Source: Chiloscyllium plagiosum (taxonomy: Eukaryota). Taken from it: 64,000 bases of DNA. How positions within the stretch are numbered: position 1 is the first letter of the stretch; each line of letters starts with the position of its first letter. Both the position numbers and the translations under genes were made by a program. Of the stretch, positions 11,415 through 24,799 are shown in pieces. Location of the stretch: the NCBI RefSeq assembly GCF_004010195.1, contig NC_057718.1:14652276-14716275 (forward strand). The letters run 5' to 3'. The notes beneath the pieces are model-generated. The model made no database searches, was not told the DNA's origin, and was given only the letters and a program-made list of their open reading frames with translations.

Positions 11415-12069
11415 NNNNNNNNNNNNNNNNNNNNNNNNNNNNNNNNNNNNNNNNNNNNNNNNNNNNNNNNNNNNNNNNNNNNNNNNNNNNNNNNNNNNNN
11501 NNNNNNNNNNNNNNNNNNNNNNNNNNNNNNNNNNNNNNNNNNNNNNNNNNNNNNNNNNNNNNNNNNNNNNNNNNNNNNNNNNNNNNNNNNNNNNNNNNNN
11601 NNNNNNNNNNNNNNNNNNNNNNNNNNNNNNNNNNNNNNNNNNNNNNNNNNNNNNNNNNNNNNNNNNNNNNNNNNNNNNNNNNNNNNNNNNNNNNNNNNNN
11701 NNNNNNNNNNNNNNNNNNNNNNNNNNNNNNNNNNNNNNNNNNNNNNNNNNNNNNNNNNNNNNNNNNNNNNNNNNNNNNNNNNNNNNNNNNNNNNNNNNNN
11801 NNNNNNNNNNNNNNNNNNNNNNNNNNNNNNNNNNNNNNNNNNNNNNNNNNNNNNNNNNNNNNNNNNNNNNNNNNNNNNNNNNNNNNNNNNNNNNNNNNNN
11901 NNNNNNNNNNNNNNNNNNNNNNNNNNNNNNNNNNNNNNNNNNNNNNNNNNNNNNNNNNNNNNNNNNNNNNNNNNNNNNNNNNNNNNNNNNNNNNNNNNNN
12001 NNNNNNNNNNNNNNNNNNNNNNNNNNNNNNNNNNNNNNNNNNNNNNNNNNNNNNNNNNNNNNNNNNNNN
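11415..12069. other. Assembly gap (655 N)
   Basis: Run of N. Confidence 1.
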
Positions 12070-13552
12070 AGGAGTTGGGAGGTCATGTTGCGGCTGTACA
12101 GGACACTGGTTAGGCCACTGTTGGAATATTGCGTGCAGTTCTGGACTCCTTCCTATCGGAAAGATGTTGTGAAACTTGAAAGGGTTCAGAAAAGATTTAC
12201 AAGGATGTTGCCCGGGTTGGAGGATTTGAGCTATAGGGAGAGGCTGAACAGGCTGGGGCTGTTTTTCCTGGAGCATCGAAGGCTGAGGGGTGACCTTATT
12301 GATGTTTCTCAAATCATGAGGGGCATGGATAGGATAAATAGACAAAGTATTTTCCCTGGGTTTGGGGAACTAGAGGGCATAGGTTTAGGGTGAGAGGGGA
12401 AAGATATAAAAGAGACCGATGGGGCAACCTTTTCACACAGAGGGTGGTACGTGTAAGGAATGAGCTGCCAGAGGAAGTGGTGGAGGCTGGTATAATTGCA
12501 ACATTCAAAAGGCATTTGGATGGGTATATGAATAGGAAGGGTTTGGAGGGATGGGTGCTGGCAGGTGGGACTCGATTGTGTTGGGATATCTGGTTGGCAA
12601 GGACGAGTTGGACCGAAGGGTCTGTTTCCGTGCTGTACATCTCTATGAGTGTGGTGAATGTAAGTGAAATTGTGGTTTTCATAACAGAAATAATGACTAG
12701 ATCATAGGGAATAGATGACATAATGGGACTAGCTAAGTTGCTCTTGGATAGCATTGATGAAATGGCTGAATAGCCTCTTTCTGTGTTGTAACCATTTGAT
12801 GATTATAAATATATGCCTTTTTTCTCCCAGAAATTCCAGGGGAGGTTGGGGTGGGAAACAATATATGTGCTTCAGATTCAAGCCCAGCTCTGATGGAGGT
12901 TATGGTAATCAGGAAGTGCTTTGCTTTTCCAAAAGCAATGTTATTAAAAGGAGCACTCATATCCTGACTCGTTTGTAAGAAATGGAGAACTGGGGCATTG
13001 CACTTTCAGTAGAAACAGCGTTTAAATTACCTCTGAATCTGAGTGAAATAGCAGTCACCTCAGATCTACGTGACACGTCTGTCTGCAGGTAATGGGACCT
13101 GCTGTCACCTTATCTACAGTTGGTGCACCGGAGCAGCTTAATCATTAAAGGAAGTGCAGTAGACCTGCCGTATATAATACAGGGATAAAGACGCTGAAAA
13201 TCACTGACTACCTCACTTTGAAAATGGCAACCAAAAACATTCAAGTCTATATAACAAGCTGTCAGTCCAAATTACCTGCAGGCCAGGCTTGACCAGATAC
13301 CTTTTAAAACATCCTTCGTGCAGACATGTGAAAGCACGATGGAGAACAATTGGAAAGAGCAGGAGAATGTTAGAAGTTAGTCAGGTTCCTGCTGGAGGAC
13401 TCTGATCTAATCATTTTCTACCTCCCACCCCGTCCCTCTGATCCCAAACGCACCTCTCCTCTGATTCTGCACAACAACCTGACAATTAGGACCATTTCAG
13501 ATCGTTTCAAAGCAGAAACGAGAAATGTCAAAGCTGCTTTGCTTTCAACAGC

Positions 13553-13688
13553 TCCTTTATTCCTGATGAAGGGCTTTTGCCCGAAACGTCGATTTTGCTG
13601 CTCGTCGGATGCTGCCTGAACTGCTGTGCTCTTCCAGCACCACTGATCCAGAATCTGGTTTCCAGCATCTGCAGTCATTGTTTTTACC
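13553..13688 (+). mobile_element. Penelope-like family A terminal repeat
   Basis: Same gctgcctga-ctgctgtgc-ttccagca...ccagcatctgcagtc unit as the other family A copies. Confidence 0.75.
13559..13594 (+). ncRNA. Minimal type I hammerhead ribozyme motif with intact core
   Basis: CTGATGA (13563-13569), A, GGGC-TTTT-GCCC, GAAA (13583-13586), CGTC; ACGT palindrome; predicted GUC cut after 13590. Confidence 0.7.
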
Positions 13689-14075
13689 CTATTACCAAGC
13701 CCCTGCCCTGAGCTCAGCATACTTAATAGTCTCCTATGCTACTGCTGGTTTACAGCAAGTATCTTCCATTTTGATGCCAGTGTGATGTAGTCAGTTTGAC
13801 AAAATGCAACCTTCTGAGTTGATGAGGAGGCGTCTGCTCCTTTCTGCGGTCATTCCAAACTCTTGCAGTGAACCTTAGCAGGCTCTGGCCTGTCCTGAGT
13901 TACATGAGGCCCACTGTCAAATTCTGAAACTGTTCATTAACCTTAATTTGGAACCGGAAAGTATGAGGAGGCAGTGATGCAGAGGAAGACAGGAACAAGA
14001 CTGAGTTCAAAGCAGCAGAATGCAGGGCAACAATATTATTTTCTGTTATTGGTTGCAAGTGTTGTGCTAGGAAAA

Positions 14076-14152
14076 CCTGAGAGAAAGATAGAGAGAAAGA
14101 GGAAAAGGGTGTGAGAGAGAGAGAGAGAGATGAAATAAGAGAGCGAGGAAGA
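14076..14152. repeat. GA-rich simple repeat
   Basis: Imperfect (GA)n. Confidence 0.8.
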
Positions 14153-16793
14153 AATATTAAGTACGAACAAATGCGAAGGTCTGACAGGCATAACTTAGTG
14201 GTAAATGAAACCACAGGATAATTTGCTGGAAGATGTTTGTGCACACATACACAGACATTTCATGTGGAGAGGCCAGTGGTGAATTTTAGGGCAGGACAGC
14301 ACTTCAACACTTGGAAGCTCTAACAGCCTGGTTTAGATTTTGCCTAAATATAAAATTAAATTGTCATGTGGCATTGGTGAGCCATCATAGCACCAATATG
14401 ATTGAGGTGAAAGGAGAGTGATCTTTATGAAGAATCAAGTTTGCATTCCTCATTCCTTTCCACAAAAGCAGTCGAATTCATTTTGCCACCTTTCCTAGTA
14501 AAGGGGGAAACAGGAAGTTCCTAACACAAGCATGTCATGTGATAGGGCCAGTTGTCCAAATCTTTTTGAATGTTGAATGGAAGTCTGTGTAACGTGCACC
14601 AACAGAGGCTATATGCATGCTAATATTTCCCAGACCCCGTGCCTTGTAAAGAGTTGAACTCATTTCAGAAGCAATAATAATAGGAGTTTATAAAAGTTTA
14701 GCCCAAGGCTGGTAAGATGGTATTTATTACCAGCACTCCAGTGAGGTGGAAGGAATAAAAGCATTTGGGATTGATTTGTTGTGTTTGTCAGTAATCTGCC
14801 TAACTAGTCCCCCAGGCCATGGTATGAGTACTGTTAATGGGCAAAAATCAGTGGATAATATCTTCCTCTTCAATGCCACATGACGGTTTGCTAACAGATG
14901 TACGGAATTAATCATGCAAGAATCTGCCAGGTGGGTTTGGGTCATGAACCTGTAGATCAGTGACTGAAAGTCCAAGACTTTCAGAGCGAAAGACTCAATG
15001 ATGACACTCAGCCTCAGTAGGTGGAATAGCAGTATTCTCTGGTGCAAAAAGTCCACATCCCTGTAACCTCCAGCCTCGACAATTCCAATGTCTCCCTGCC
15101 TGCTCACGAGCCTGCACCTACCGTGAATCTGAGTTCATCCAAACTGTTGCTGTCGGTGTCCTAACTCACACTAATCAGTGCCTCCCCCGTCTGGCAATGC
15201 CTCAGGCATCAAGGTATGAACCTTGCTTTCAAATATCTTTAGCCTTCTCGGCTCTGGAACCTCACACCTTCCCAAGATGTTCTGCCAATTCTCCTATCTT
15301 GTGAGATTTTCTTCCCTCCACCAATGGTGGCTCTGCTTTCAGCTCCAGGGCCCCAATCTCCTCCTTTCTCATCTCTCCTCATTCTGAGATGCTAATGGAA
15401 AAGACTGACCCTTCACCCTTCACTGATATTCCCCTTAAATAGCTTGGCATTTGATTATGCTCTGTCAAGCACCTTGGGAGGACTTGATGTATTACAAGTG
15501 CCTTATAAATGGATGTTATTGTCATCCGAATACCTGACAGAGATTTGAAAAGTGATAATACATCTGTTGTTGAAGGGATGAAGAAAGAATTTTAAAAAAG
15601 TTAAAGAAGAAGTGAGATTAGAAAATAAGCTGATTGCAAAACTACAGAAATTCCGATTAGGACAAAGAACGCTGAATCACCTGAATTCACCAACTTAGTG
15701 TGGAGACTCATTCTAATTTTGATATCAATGTCACTCGCTGACAAATAATTCAGAATTAGCCTTTCAACACTTGTGTGCAAAAATAAAACTGAATCTCTCA
15801 CAGTGACAACTCATCTTCAGCCACGAGAACATTAATCATATTCTGCCATAACACATTTCGGAAGAACCTGTCACCTCCTTTAACAAAGCTTTCTCTCCTT
15901 TGGGAAGACAGCAGGTGAGGGAATGGACACATGCATGTATTGCGAATATTAGACAGTGAGATCTGAATTCCATCACAAGGTGTTTCATCAAGAAGGCCTC
16001 ATGATCAGCAGTGAGAGGAAATAAATAGGTTCACTCCAGAGCTATCTCTACAGTCACTGGTGCTCCATAACTAGGAGACGTGACCTTTCACCTCACCTGA
16101 CCGGGATTTACGTCAGCCGGGTGGTCATTTCAGTGCAGAGTAGTACAAACGCCATGCCATCTATTGGATGAGGCATTAACTGAGACTGCTGGATTGTTGG
16201 AGGTGGGAAATTTGACAGTTTTTGGGTCCCAGACTGGGGCTGTTGGGGAGGGCGCTGGGAGCAGCCACTCACCTGGGGTGCCCTGTTAATGGAGATGAGG
16301 GCAGGTACCCGACCTGATTCTGGGCACTAGAGTGGGCCTCAAAACTGGAGGCCCACTAATGGATCTTTCAGCCACGGAGGAACTGGCAGCCACCCATGAG
16401 AGGTAAAAGGGAGGTGTGGGCGTTTTGCAAAGGAGGCGCCATCTCAGCTGCTGTCTTTAAAAATAAAAAACAGCAAACGTCCGAGGCAGCCAGGTTCCCT
16501 CAGTGAATCCCTCTAAAGGAGAACCATTGGTTGAAAACTCAACCAGAAGGCAGGGAGGGGCTGGAGGGGCACAGCTCCCCCTCATGCCAGGCATGCTCTT
16601 CACCATCATCCCCCTCACCAGGTCACTGAACTACACCCCTGTTGAGTCTGGAAAATACAGGCCAACTGGGAAAAGTCAGACCATCTCTAGTTTCTATCTT
16701 TAATGTTCACTTCACATTTATAATTGGCTCCATGCCTTATGGGAGCTGACACCATTGAGATCCATCTGGGCTGAAGTCATAGATCATAGACAT

Positions 16794-17164
16794 TAGCGAG
16801 CTTTGAGAAGATTTGTAGCTCAGGTTGAGGTTCTGGTGTAGGTTTGCTCGCTGAGCTGGAAGGTTCGTGTTCAGACGTTTCATCACCATACTAGGTAACA
16901 TCACCGGTGAGCTCCGGATGAAGCGCTGGTGGCATTGCCCGCTTTTTATTTATGTGTTTTGGTTTCCTTGGGTTGGTGATTTTATTTCCTGTTGTGATGT
17001 CATCTCCTGTGGTGATGTCATTTCCTGCTCTTTTTCTTAGGGGGTGGTAAATGGGATCCAGGTCAACGTGTTTGTTGATAAATCTATCAACTGATGACGT
17101 TACCTAGTATGGTAGCGACACGTCTGAAAATGAACCTTCCAACTCAGCGAGCAAACCTATATCC
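16794..17164. mobile_element. Penelope-like insertion (separate family) with inverted arms and hammerhead remnants, inserted into a CR1 tail
   Basis: 16836-16902 is inverted at about 17092-17164; CTGATGA-c-GTTACC-tagtat-GGTAGC-GACA-CGTC at 17091-17124; host CR1 tail split between 16777-16793 and 17165-17278. Confidence 0.7.
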
Positions 17165-18094
17165 CGTCGTAGACATATACAGCACAGAAACAGACCCTTC
17201 GGTCTAACTCATCCATGCCACCCAGACATCCTAGCCTAATCTAGTCCCATTTGCCAGCACTTGGCCCACATCCCTCTAGGAGTAGTTGACACCAGGACTG
17301 GGGTGAGTGAAACCAGCACATCAGCCTGTGTCGTCATTTTCAGGCGCTGTTAACTCGTGCCCCCAAAACTGATCCGGCCTATACACCCTTCCTACTGTGC
17401 ATTCAGCGGTGTTGGAAATGAATGATCACATGGCAATATTGGATTGGGGGGGGGGGGGGGGGGTGGTTCTGTCCAGATACCCTGACCAACAACTACACTC
17501 CACCTCACCCAGCCAACTGGGATCAGCTTGGACAAGCTGGGCCTATAGCATCAGTGGGTTAGAAGAATGGGAAGTGATCTTTTGGACATTTGGAAGAACT
17601 TCAGCGGAAATGTTGGGATGGATGCTGAGAAAATGCTTCCCTAAGTGCGAGAGAGATGAGGACAAGGTAATTTTATTGGGGGGATGTGGTAGCACAGGGT
17701 GGATGGGAAGGCATGGGACATCACCACAGGAAATCAATCAGAGAGTGGTGGGGGTGGTGAGTCATTGAATATTTTTGGGCTAGAGTCTAATAGATTCCTG
17801 ACTGATCAAGGAGTCAAAGATTATACAGGGAAAAGAGGGGAGTAGAGTTAAGGCTGCAACCGGTCAGCAATGATTGCATCAAATAGTGTACCTGGCTAAA
17901 GGGGCCGAATGGCTTACTCCTGCTCCCAAGTCATACATTTTCTTGTCAATTCTTAACAAATAAATGCAGCTCCAACTTTAAATAGATTTGTGATTGGTCC
18001 CATTCTTTTCATTAGTATGAATCCCCCTCTAAGCAATTTGAAAATTCAGGCTAAACTAAAAGTGGTTTTCAGAAAAAGTATTTTCTCCTCTTGA

Positions 18095-18633
18095 AGAGTC
18101 ACAGATGTACAGCACAGAAACAGACCCTTCAGTCCAACTCATCCATGCTGACCAGATATCCTAACCTAATCTAGTCCCATATGCGAGCACTTAGCCCATA
18201 ACCCTCTAAACTCTTCCTATTCATGTACCCATCCAGATGCCTTTTAAATGTTGCAATTGTACCAGCCTCCACCACTTCGTTTGGCAGCTCATTCCATACA
18301 CGCACCACCCTCCCTGTGAAAAAGTTGCCCATTAGGTCCCTTTTATATCTTTCCCATCTCGCCCTAAACCTATGCACTCTAGTTCTGGACTCCCCTAGCC
18401 TGGAAAAAAGACCTTGGCTATTCATCCTATCCATACCCCTCATGATTTTATAAACCTCTATAAGGTCACCCCTCAGCCTCTGAGATTTCAGGGAAAATAG
18501 CCCCAGCCTGCTCAGCCTCTTCCTGTAGCTCAAACCCTCCAACCCTGGCAACATCCTTGTGAATCTTTTCTACACCATCTTAAGTTTAACATCTTTCCTA
18601 TAGCAGCGAGAGGAGAATTGTATTCCACAGTGG
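18095..18633 (-). mobile_element. CR1/HER1-like LINE 3' fragment
   Basis: MLPGLEGLSYRKRLSRLGLFSL...RGDLIEVYKIM...WNELP. Confidence 0.93.
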
Positions 18634-19227
18634 AAAACTAATTGGTCTTTAAAACGAATACAAGGAGCAGCTCAAAATGACCCCATCCCTTACTGATCAA
18701 GAATGATCAAGCCAGGCCTATTGGAATGCAATGGACACATCCAAGGATCAACAGAAGCTGACTGAAAGTGGCTTCCTTGAAGGATAAATAGTTCCTCATA
18801 ACTCACCAAAACCGTGAAAGAATCGGTACTATTCAAACTTCCAGCTCGAAGGGCAGAATGGCCTACTCCTGCACCTATTGTCTATTGCAGAGATCTCAGG
18901 TGAGTTTCCTGAACATTCACAGGGAGACAGAGGGAGGAATCAAAGGACCAAACTTACCAAAAGCCAGCACCACTGTTAAAGCAAAGATAGGAAGCCCTCC
19001 CTCACTCTTAGGGCCTGTTCTGCTCAGTTCAGCTTCAGGAACATTCCCCAAAGTATTGAACTATAGAAGCCATCACAGTTACAGATTGTGATTTCAAAAC
19101 CTTCACTTCAGAAAGTGAATTTTCAAGTAAGCCAGGCCTGAAAGATTAAGCTCATTTCTGTCTTCAAATGTATCTTTTACCTTTATTTACTGTCAACTTC
19201 CATGCTCTGTATCTCAGCTAATCACTT

Positions 19228-19715
19228 GAAGGAGGTGATGGCCTAGTGGTATTTTCACTAGACTGTTAATCCAGAGACCCAAGTAATGTTCTAGAGGCCT
19301 GGGTTCAAATCCCACCTTGGTATATGGTGGAATTTGAATTTAATTTCAAAAAGGTCTGGAATTAAGAGTCTAAGTTTGGCCATGAAGCCATTGCCGATTG
19401 TCGGAAAAACCCATCTGGTTTTAGTAATGCCCTTTAGGGAAGGAAACTGCCATTCTTAACAAAAACAGAAGTTGCTGGAAAAGCTCAGCAGGTCTGGCAA
19501 TCATCGGTGAAGAGAAATCAAAGTTGAACATTTCGGGCCCAATGACCCTTCCTCAGAACAGCCAGAAGAGAACTGCCATCCTTACCTGGGTCTGGCCTAC
19601 ATGTTACTCCAAACTCACAGCAATGTGGTTGACACTTAACTGCCCTCTGGACAATTTGGGATGGCAATCAATGCTGACCTAGCCAGCGATACCCACATAT
19701 CGAATGATTAAGAAA
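19228..19715 (+). mobile_element. tRNA-derived SINE (non-HE1 family) with LINE-like tail, containing a Penelope-like insert at 19459-19570
   Basis: Head tggcctagtgg...gggttcaaatccc (A/B boxes); insert flanked by aactgccat(t/c)ctta at 19445-19458 and 19571-19584. Confidence 0.75.
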
Positions 19716-20484
19716 GAAGTTGATTACATTCACTGAAATAATTTGCAGCAGAAACTGCAGGGTTACAGGAAAGATACAGGGTAGTAGGACATGTCTAATG
19801 TTCTAGTATAAAGCTGGCATGGTCACAATGGAGAGAATGGCCTCCTTCTATGCTATAACCATTCTACAACATGACTGTAAGTTTTTAACCAAGCACCATA
19901 CACAATCCACTGTGTATTTAAACTCTGCCTGATTGCCATTGTCTGCTGAGCAACTGCCATGGCCTGTTAGCTAAACTGTCTTAAGATATCGCTCTAAAAA
20001 TAAAACTCAGCTCATACGTTTAAACGAGTTTAAAATCTCCCAGACTCTCCTTGATCAGAAATTTCATATCTGACCTTCGCTACCACTTTTGAAGGATGTC
20101 TCATTAGACGGCTGCTGTTGCTGCTTTTGATGTTCAAGTGTATTGGCCAAGGTAAGTGTGAGTGTAAAATTAAACTTAAACAGACTCGGCTGTTGTATTT
20201 ATCAAGCAAAGTTACACTGATAAGAAAGCAATGTTATTATCTAGTCGGGTCCGGCAGAAATGCCTGAGACCGAGTGGAATCAGAGAACAGGTGATGGGGA
20301 TATGTTGCATGAGGGTAATTGGGTGACAATGAGATATTTACTTATATAAATATGGGCAGCAAGCAATTACTGGAGTGTGTCTTGATGGTTTGAGAGTTGA
20401 AAGCAAATACTAACCAGAAAAGCATATGCCTGGATTCTGTCACACCAACATTTCAACCTCTTCTGTTTGTCAACCAATTAGTAT

Positions 20485-20632
20485 TGTGTGTATGCATATG
20501 TGTACGTATATATGTGTGTTCGTGTGCTTGTGTGTGCATGTGCGCACGTATGGGTAGGTATGTGCCCGCGTTTGTGTGTGTGCATGTGCGCGCATAAGTA
20601 TTTGTAAGTGCTTATGAGTTTGTGCGTATGAG
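20485..20632. repeat. Degenerate (TG)n alternating purine-pyrimidine tract
   Basis: tgtgtgtatgcatatgtgtacg... for about 150 bp. Confidence 0.85.
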
Positions 20633-21369
20633 TGTCAGTCATCAATTAGCACACAGACAGGTGGACATGAGAACTCAGAGAAATAGGGACAGCATATAAA
20701 CATCTTGGTAAGTAGTTTACAGTTACAAAGTCCTCTGATGCGACAAAGGGATGCAGGTGTCAAATTTAACGTCAAATCTAAGGCCAGTCATTGAGCGTTT
20801 AAGGGCCAAGGATTACAGGTGGCTGCCTGGGTAGATGAGGAAGAACCGTACCCATCTTCTCAACACTGTAAGGCTCAGAAAGGAACACTGGGCAGGCGAG
20901 GGGGTGGGGTACACTTGTAATTGGAGGATGAGGGCCAAATGGTCTCCACCACAGGCCACATCCTGACAGGGGCTACCAATGGAGGAGAGCATGTTAATGG
21001 GCAGAAGTCCAGTATTCAGGCTTTTGAGAATGCTCAGAGCTCCCTGCCTGGAAGGTCAGAGGTGAGACAGATTGAAGGAGGAGCTGACAAATCCTATACT
21101 GACACATTTACATCCTTTTCTTATGTCAGGGAATTGACATGAGTGGGTGCTTACTCCCAAATCGAAGCCATCTGATCAAAATGGCAGAGGAGGTGCAGTG
21201 CTCGACTTAGGTTAAAGGGGACTCATTCCCCATGAAGAAATGAGAGCATGGGGCCCATCGCTAAACAGGGTTTCGTGACCAGGATTCCAAAGGAGCATGT
21301 CATCCAGCAATAACGTTTTTATCACAAACTGACAGAAAGCCATGATGGCCATTTCTTTAAGGTGCCAAC

Positions 21370-21872
21370 ATGGCGGGTTCAAATCCTGCCAAGACAGATG
21401 GTGGAATTTGAATTCAGAAAATTAAGAGCCTTATGATGACCACGCACCCATTGTCAATTTTTGGAAAAGCCCATCTGGTTTACTAATGCCCTTGAGGGAA
21501 GGAACCTGCTAACCTTACCTGGTCTGGCCTACTTGTGACTCCAAACCCACTGCAATATGGTTGACTCTTAACAGTCTCTGATTGGAGTGGTGCTGGAAAA
21601 GCACAGCAGGTCAAGCAGCATCCGTGGAACAGGAAAATCAACATTTCGGGCAAAAGCATGAGCTTTGGCCTGAAACGTCGATTTTCCTGCTCCTCAGATG
21701 CTACCTGACCTGCTGTGCTTTTCCAGCACCACTCTAGTCTTGGCTCTGATCTCCAGCATCTGCAGTCCTCACTTTCACCGAGTTGATCTGAACAGTCTCT
21801 GTACAGTTAGGGGTGGGCATTAAATGTCAGCCTAGCCAGTGATGCCTTTATCCCGTGAATGGATAACAAAAA
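21370..21872 (+). mobile_element. Same SINE family as 19228, with a palindromic Penelope-like insert at 21581-21790
   Basis: gggttcaaatcc B box and shared body; insert flanked by aacagtctctg at 21570-21580 and 21791-21801. Confidence 0.75.
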
Positions 21873-22685
21873 GCAAATTCCACACAGATCCTACAAACTA
21901 CATGATGCTAATGACCAGATGTTGGGCAAAGCTCCCTATTTTCCTTGAAATAGTGCAGTGGGATGTTCTGCGTTCCCTTCAGAGGGACAGATTCAGCTTC
22001 TTCTCCCACTCCTGAGCCTAAACACTGTCTTTGTAAAGGCAATTGCCTCTTTAAACTGGAGGGTGATGAGGGAGTACTGACAAAGAGGATTCAAACCATA
22101 ATAGCTGGGTCGGAAGCCAGATATTCGCCGGGTCTGATCTGGCAAGCAGATTCCTTTGTGTGCATTCCCCTCCATAACAAACAGAAAAATAAATCAAGTG
22201 GGCAGTGGTCGGGTGGAGGAGGTAGTTCCAGGAGAGAGATTAGTTTCTTGAAAATATTTACAGTGCCTATTCCTGGTGTCTGGAGACCTGCAATGGTCAG
22301 ATATAACAGCTGTGGCTGTCAAGACCTCCTTTGCATCGCGATTTTAGGAATGCAAACTAAACATCAAGGCCATTCAATTCAGCTTGTTTCTGCATCGTGA
22401 GGGGAGAAAGATTTCTGACTACCAGAACGTTGGTCAATCCAATCATGTCTCCGGAGTCCTCAAATTCTGTTCTCTATACTGGGGAGATCTGGCAAAAAAT
22501 ATATATTTTTGAGCATTGGTTGCAAGCAGGAAGAGATGCAAATAAATGGGGCAAGGACGCAAAGAAATAAGGTAAATATTCCCACTTCTGAGCTGCGTAT
22601 CATGGGTGCATTCACAAGTTAATCTATGAGCTTCAATATACTGCTCCACACCTCTGCCTTCAAACTGTATAAGTTTAAAGAGAAA

Positions 22686-22892
22686 TAGAACAGAATCCCG
22701 ACAGTGTGGAAACAGGCTCTTTGGCCCAACAGGTCCACACTGACCCTCCAAAGAATAAGCCACCCAAACCCATTCCCCTCCCCTATTATCCTACATTTAT
22801 CCCTGACTAATACACCTAACTTATGCATCCCTGAACACTGTGGGCAATTTAGCATGGCCAATTCACCTCACCTGCACATCTTTGGATTGTGA
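22686..22892 (-). mobile_element. HE1-like SINE, 3' half
   Basis: acagtgtggaaacagg...gggcaatttagcatggccaattcacc. Confidence 0.85.
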
Positions 22893-24799
22893 GCTTATCT
22901 TGACCAAAATCAAATCGTTGAGATTTAGAAGTCTTTCTGTGCCTGGAGAAGTGGGGGCTTCTGACGATGCACATGTTTCCATCTTTTTTCTGTTGTTCAC
23001 TGGTCCTAGGGTAGATTGCTAGCCTCTCGGCAGTGGCTACAGCTGGACGAGTGCCATTCTGCATCAGGCCGGGCTAAATTGAAGGCTCTCCCACTCCCAT
23101 TGCCTGTCATCGGGCCTACTGAAGGATTCACAGGCTGACAATCAATCTGTTGGATTGCCTACAAATGCAACTTTCATAGTCAAGTAAAACTGGGTGTAGG
23201 CCTTGAATCCTGAGCATCTGGAACTGAGGCAGACATGTAACCAACCGCACCACATGACACCCCCCTCAATCTTTGCTTGAAATGGTGACAAGGTACATTC
23301 ACTTCATCACTGTTCTGGCTTAGATACTGATGGATCATGTGGAAAGCAGGAAGATCCCAGGTATGACAAGTCACAGAGGACCAGTTAAACCCAGTCATAG
23401 TAGGAAATGAGTGCATTGGCCATTCTGGACCTCCATTCTGAACCATACAAGATGAGTCAGACCAGTATGTTCCATTTACCAGTTTTACTGGCTTCTGGAG
23501 AAGGACAAAACCAGTGAAAAGAGAAATCTGGTGAGGGTCTCTCCTCATAATCACTCGAAGTACGTGATTCTGAATGTCCTGGGGGAGAGTGGGGTGGAGC
23601 TCAGTCAGGAGGTGAGTTACTTGCTGCAGTGTTCAAAGCCTCTGACCTGCCCTTGTAGCCGCTGTGTTCATGTGGCGAGTCCAATTGAGCTTCTGGTCAA
23701 CGGTAGCGCCCAGGATGTTGATAGCCAGAATTCAGTGATGGTAACAATGTTGAATGTCAAGGGGTGGTGGTTAAATTGTCTCTTTTTGGAGAAGGCCATT
23801 GCCTAACGTTTGTGTGGCATGAACCTATCCTCACCTCGAAATAGTGCCATGAGATTCTCTCTGTCCTCCTGAGAGATCAGTGATGGGGCCTCAGTTTGAT
23901 GTCTCATCTGAAGGATGACACTCGTGACAGTGCAGCACTCCCTCAGTATCGCACTGGAACATCAGTCTGGTGAGGAGCTCCAAAACTCCTGGACTGGTTT
24001 GGAGCTGAATGGGATTTCAACTAAAAGCCAATCAAACAAAATGAACAGTTTGTTTCTTAATGACCTAAAACACTCTCATCTTTACAGAGCATTGCAAACA
24101 CTAATTTTCAAGCTGGTATGATAACACAAAGCCACCTCTCCCACTTCTCCTGCTCTCCCACATTGGCACGCCAAACAATCTGTGCAAATGTGGATCATCT
24201 CAAATGTAAAGGAACCTGTCATGGGGGAAAAACAGTGCTTCAGGTTCAAGAGCTCAATTTCAACAAATCCATGACACAACCCACCATTCCCAGTGTTAAA
24301 CCTGGGACACAAATCCCTTTTTAGTCAGCCCCAGGTAAGACCGAGTTCTGAAGCATTTGACGTTTTTGGATCTCCAGCAACTGGAGGCAGATGCTGTAAA
24401 TCATTAAATAGGACAGGGACAATTAGATGCAAAAAAAAAGGACATTGGAGTTCCCATTCTGTGCAGATAACTACTGAGACACTGCAGTGTGGCAGCTCAA
24501 AAGACCCTTATAGGAATTCAAAGTATTTTATTTCCTACAAACATTCCAGTTTGACAATTACCCAGCTATGATGAAAGAATTTTACTTCAATGTTTGGGAA
24601 AGAGAAAAATATCTTTGTTGAGATAGAGAGAGGACGATATGTGTGAGATATGCACCTCATCAAACATCTCAAAGCACATCACATTGAATAGATGTCTCTG
24701 GAGGGCACAGATTTATGCACATTTTGTACACAGGAAAATTCCAGAAACTGCAGGTGAGATGAATAACTAGTCAATCTGTTGCTTGGTGATGCTCACATT

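Larger units (their letters stand above)
10810..12650 (+). mobile_element. CR1/HER1-like LINE ORF2 spanning an assembly gap
   Basis: EILNEYFTSVFT..KSPGPD..VPEDWR before the gap and LVRPLLEYCVQFW after it; 3' UTR to about 12650. Confidence 0.9.

Noticed and set aside
11079..12393. Longest ORFs in the track (236-344 aa)
   Set aside because: They are open only because they cross 655 Ns; the real residues are CR1 ORF2. The equivalent span in the 51931 element is roughly 830 bp, so the gap size or join is uncertain.
16100..16690. GC-richer block resembling a non-autonomous DNA transposon (similar at about 20750-21150 and 57690-58030)
   Set aside because: Convincing terminal inverted repeats or a TSD could not be established by eye.
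20044..20157. Strong splice donor (CAAG|GTAAGT) after a hydrophobic frame RRLLLLLLMFKCIGQ
   Set aside because: No in-frame ATG precedes the hydrophobic run and no partner exon is identifiable; needs RNA-seq.
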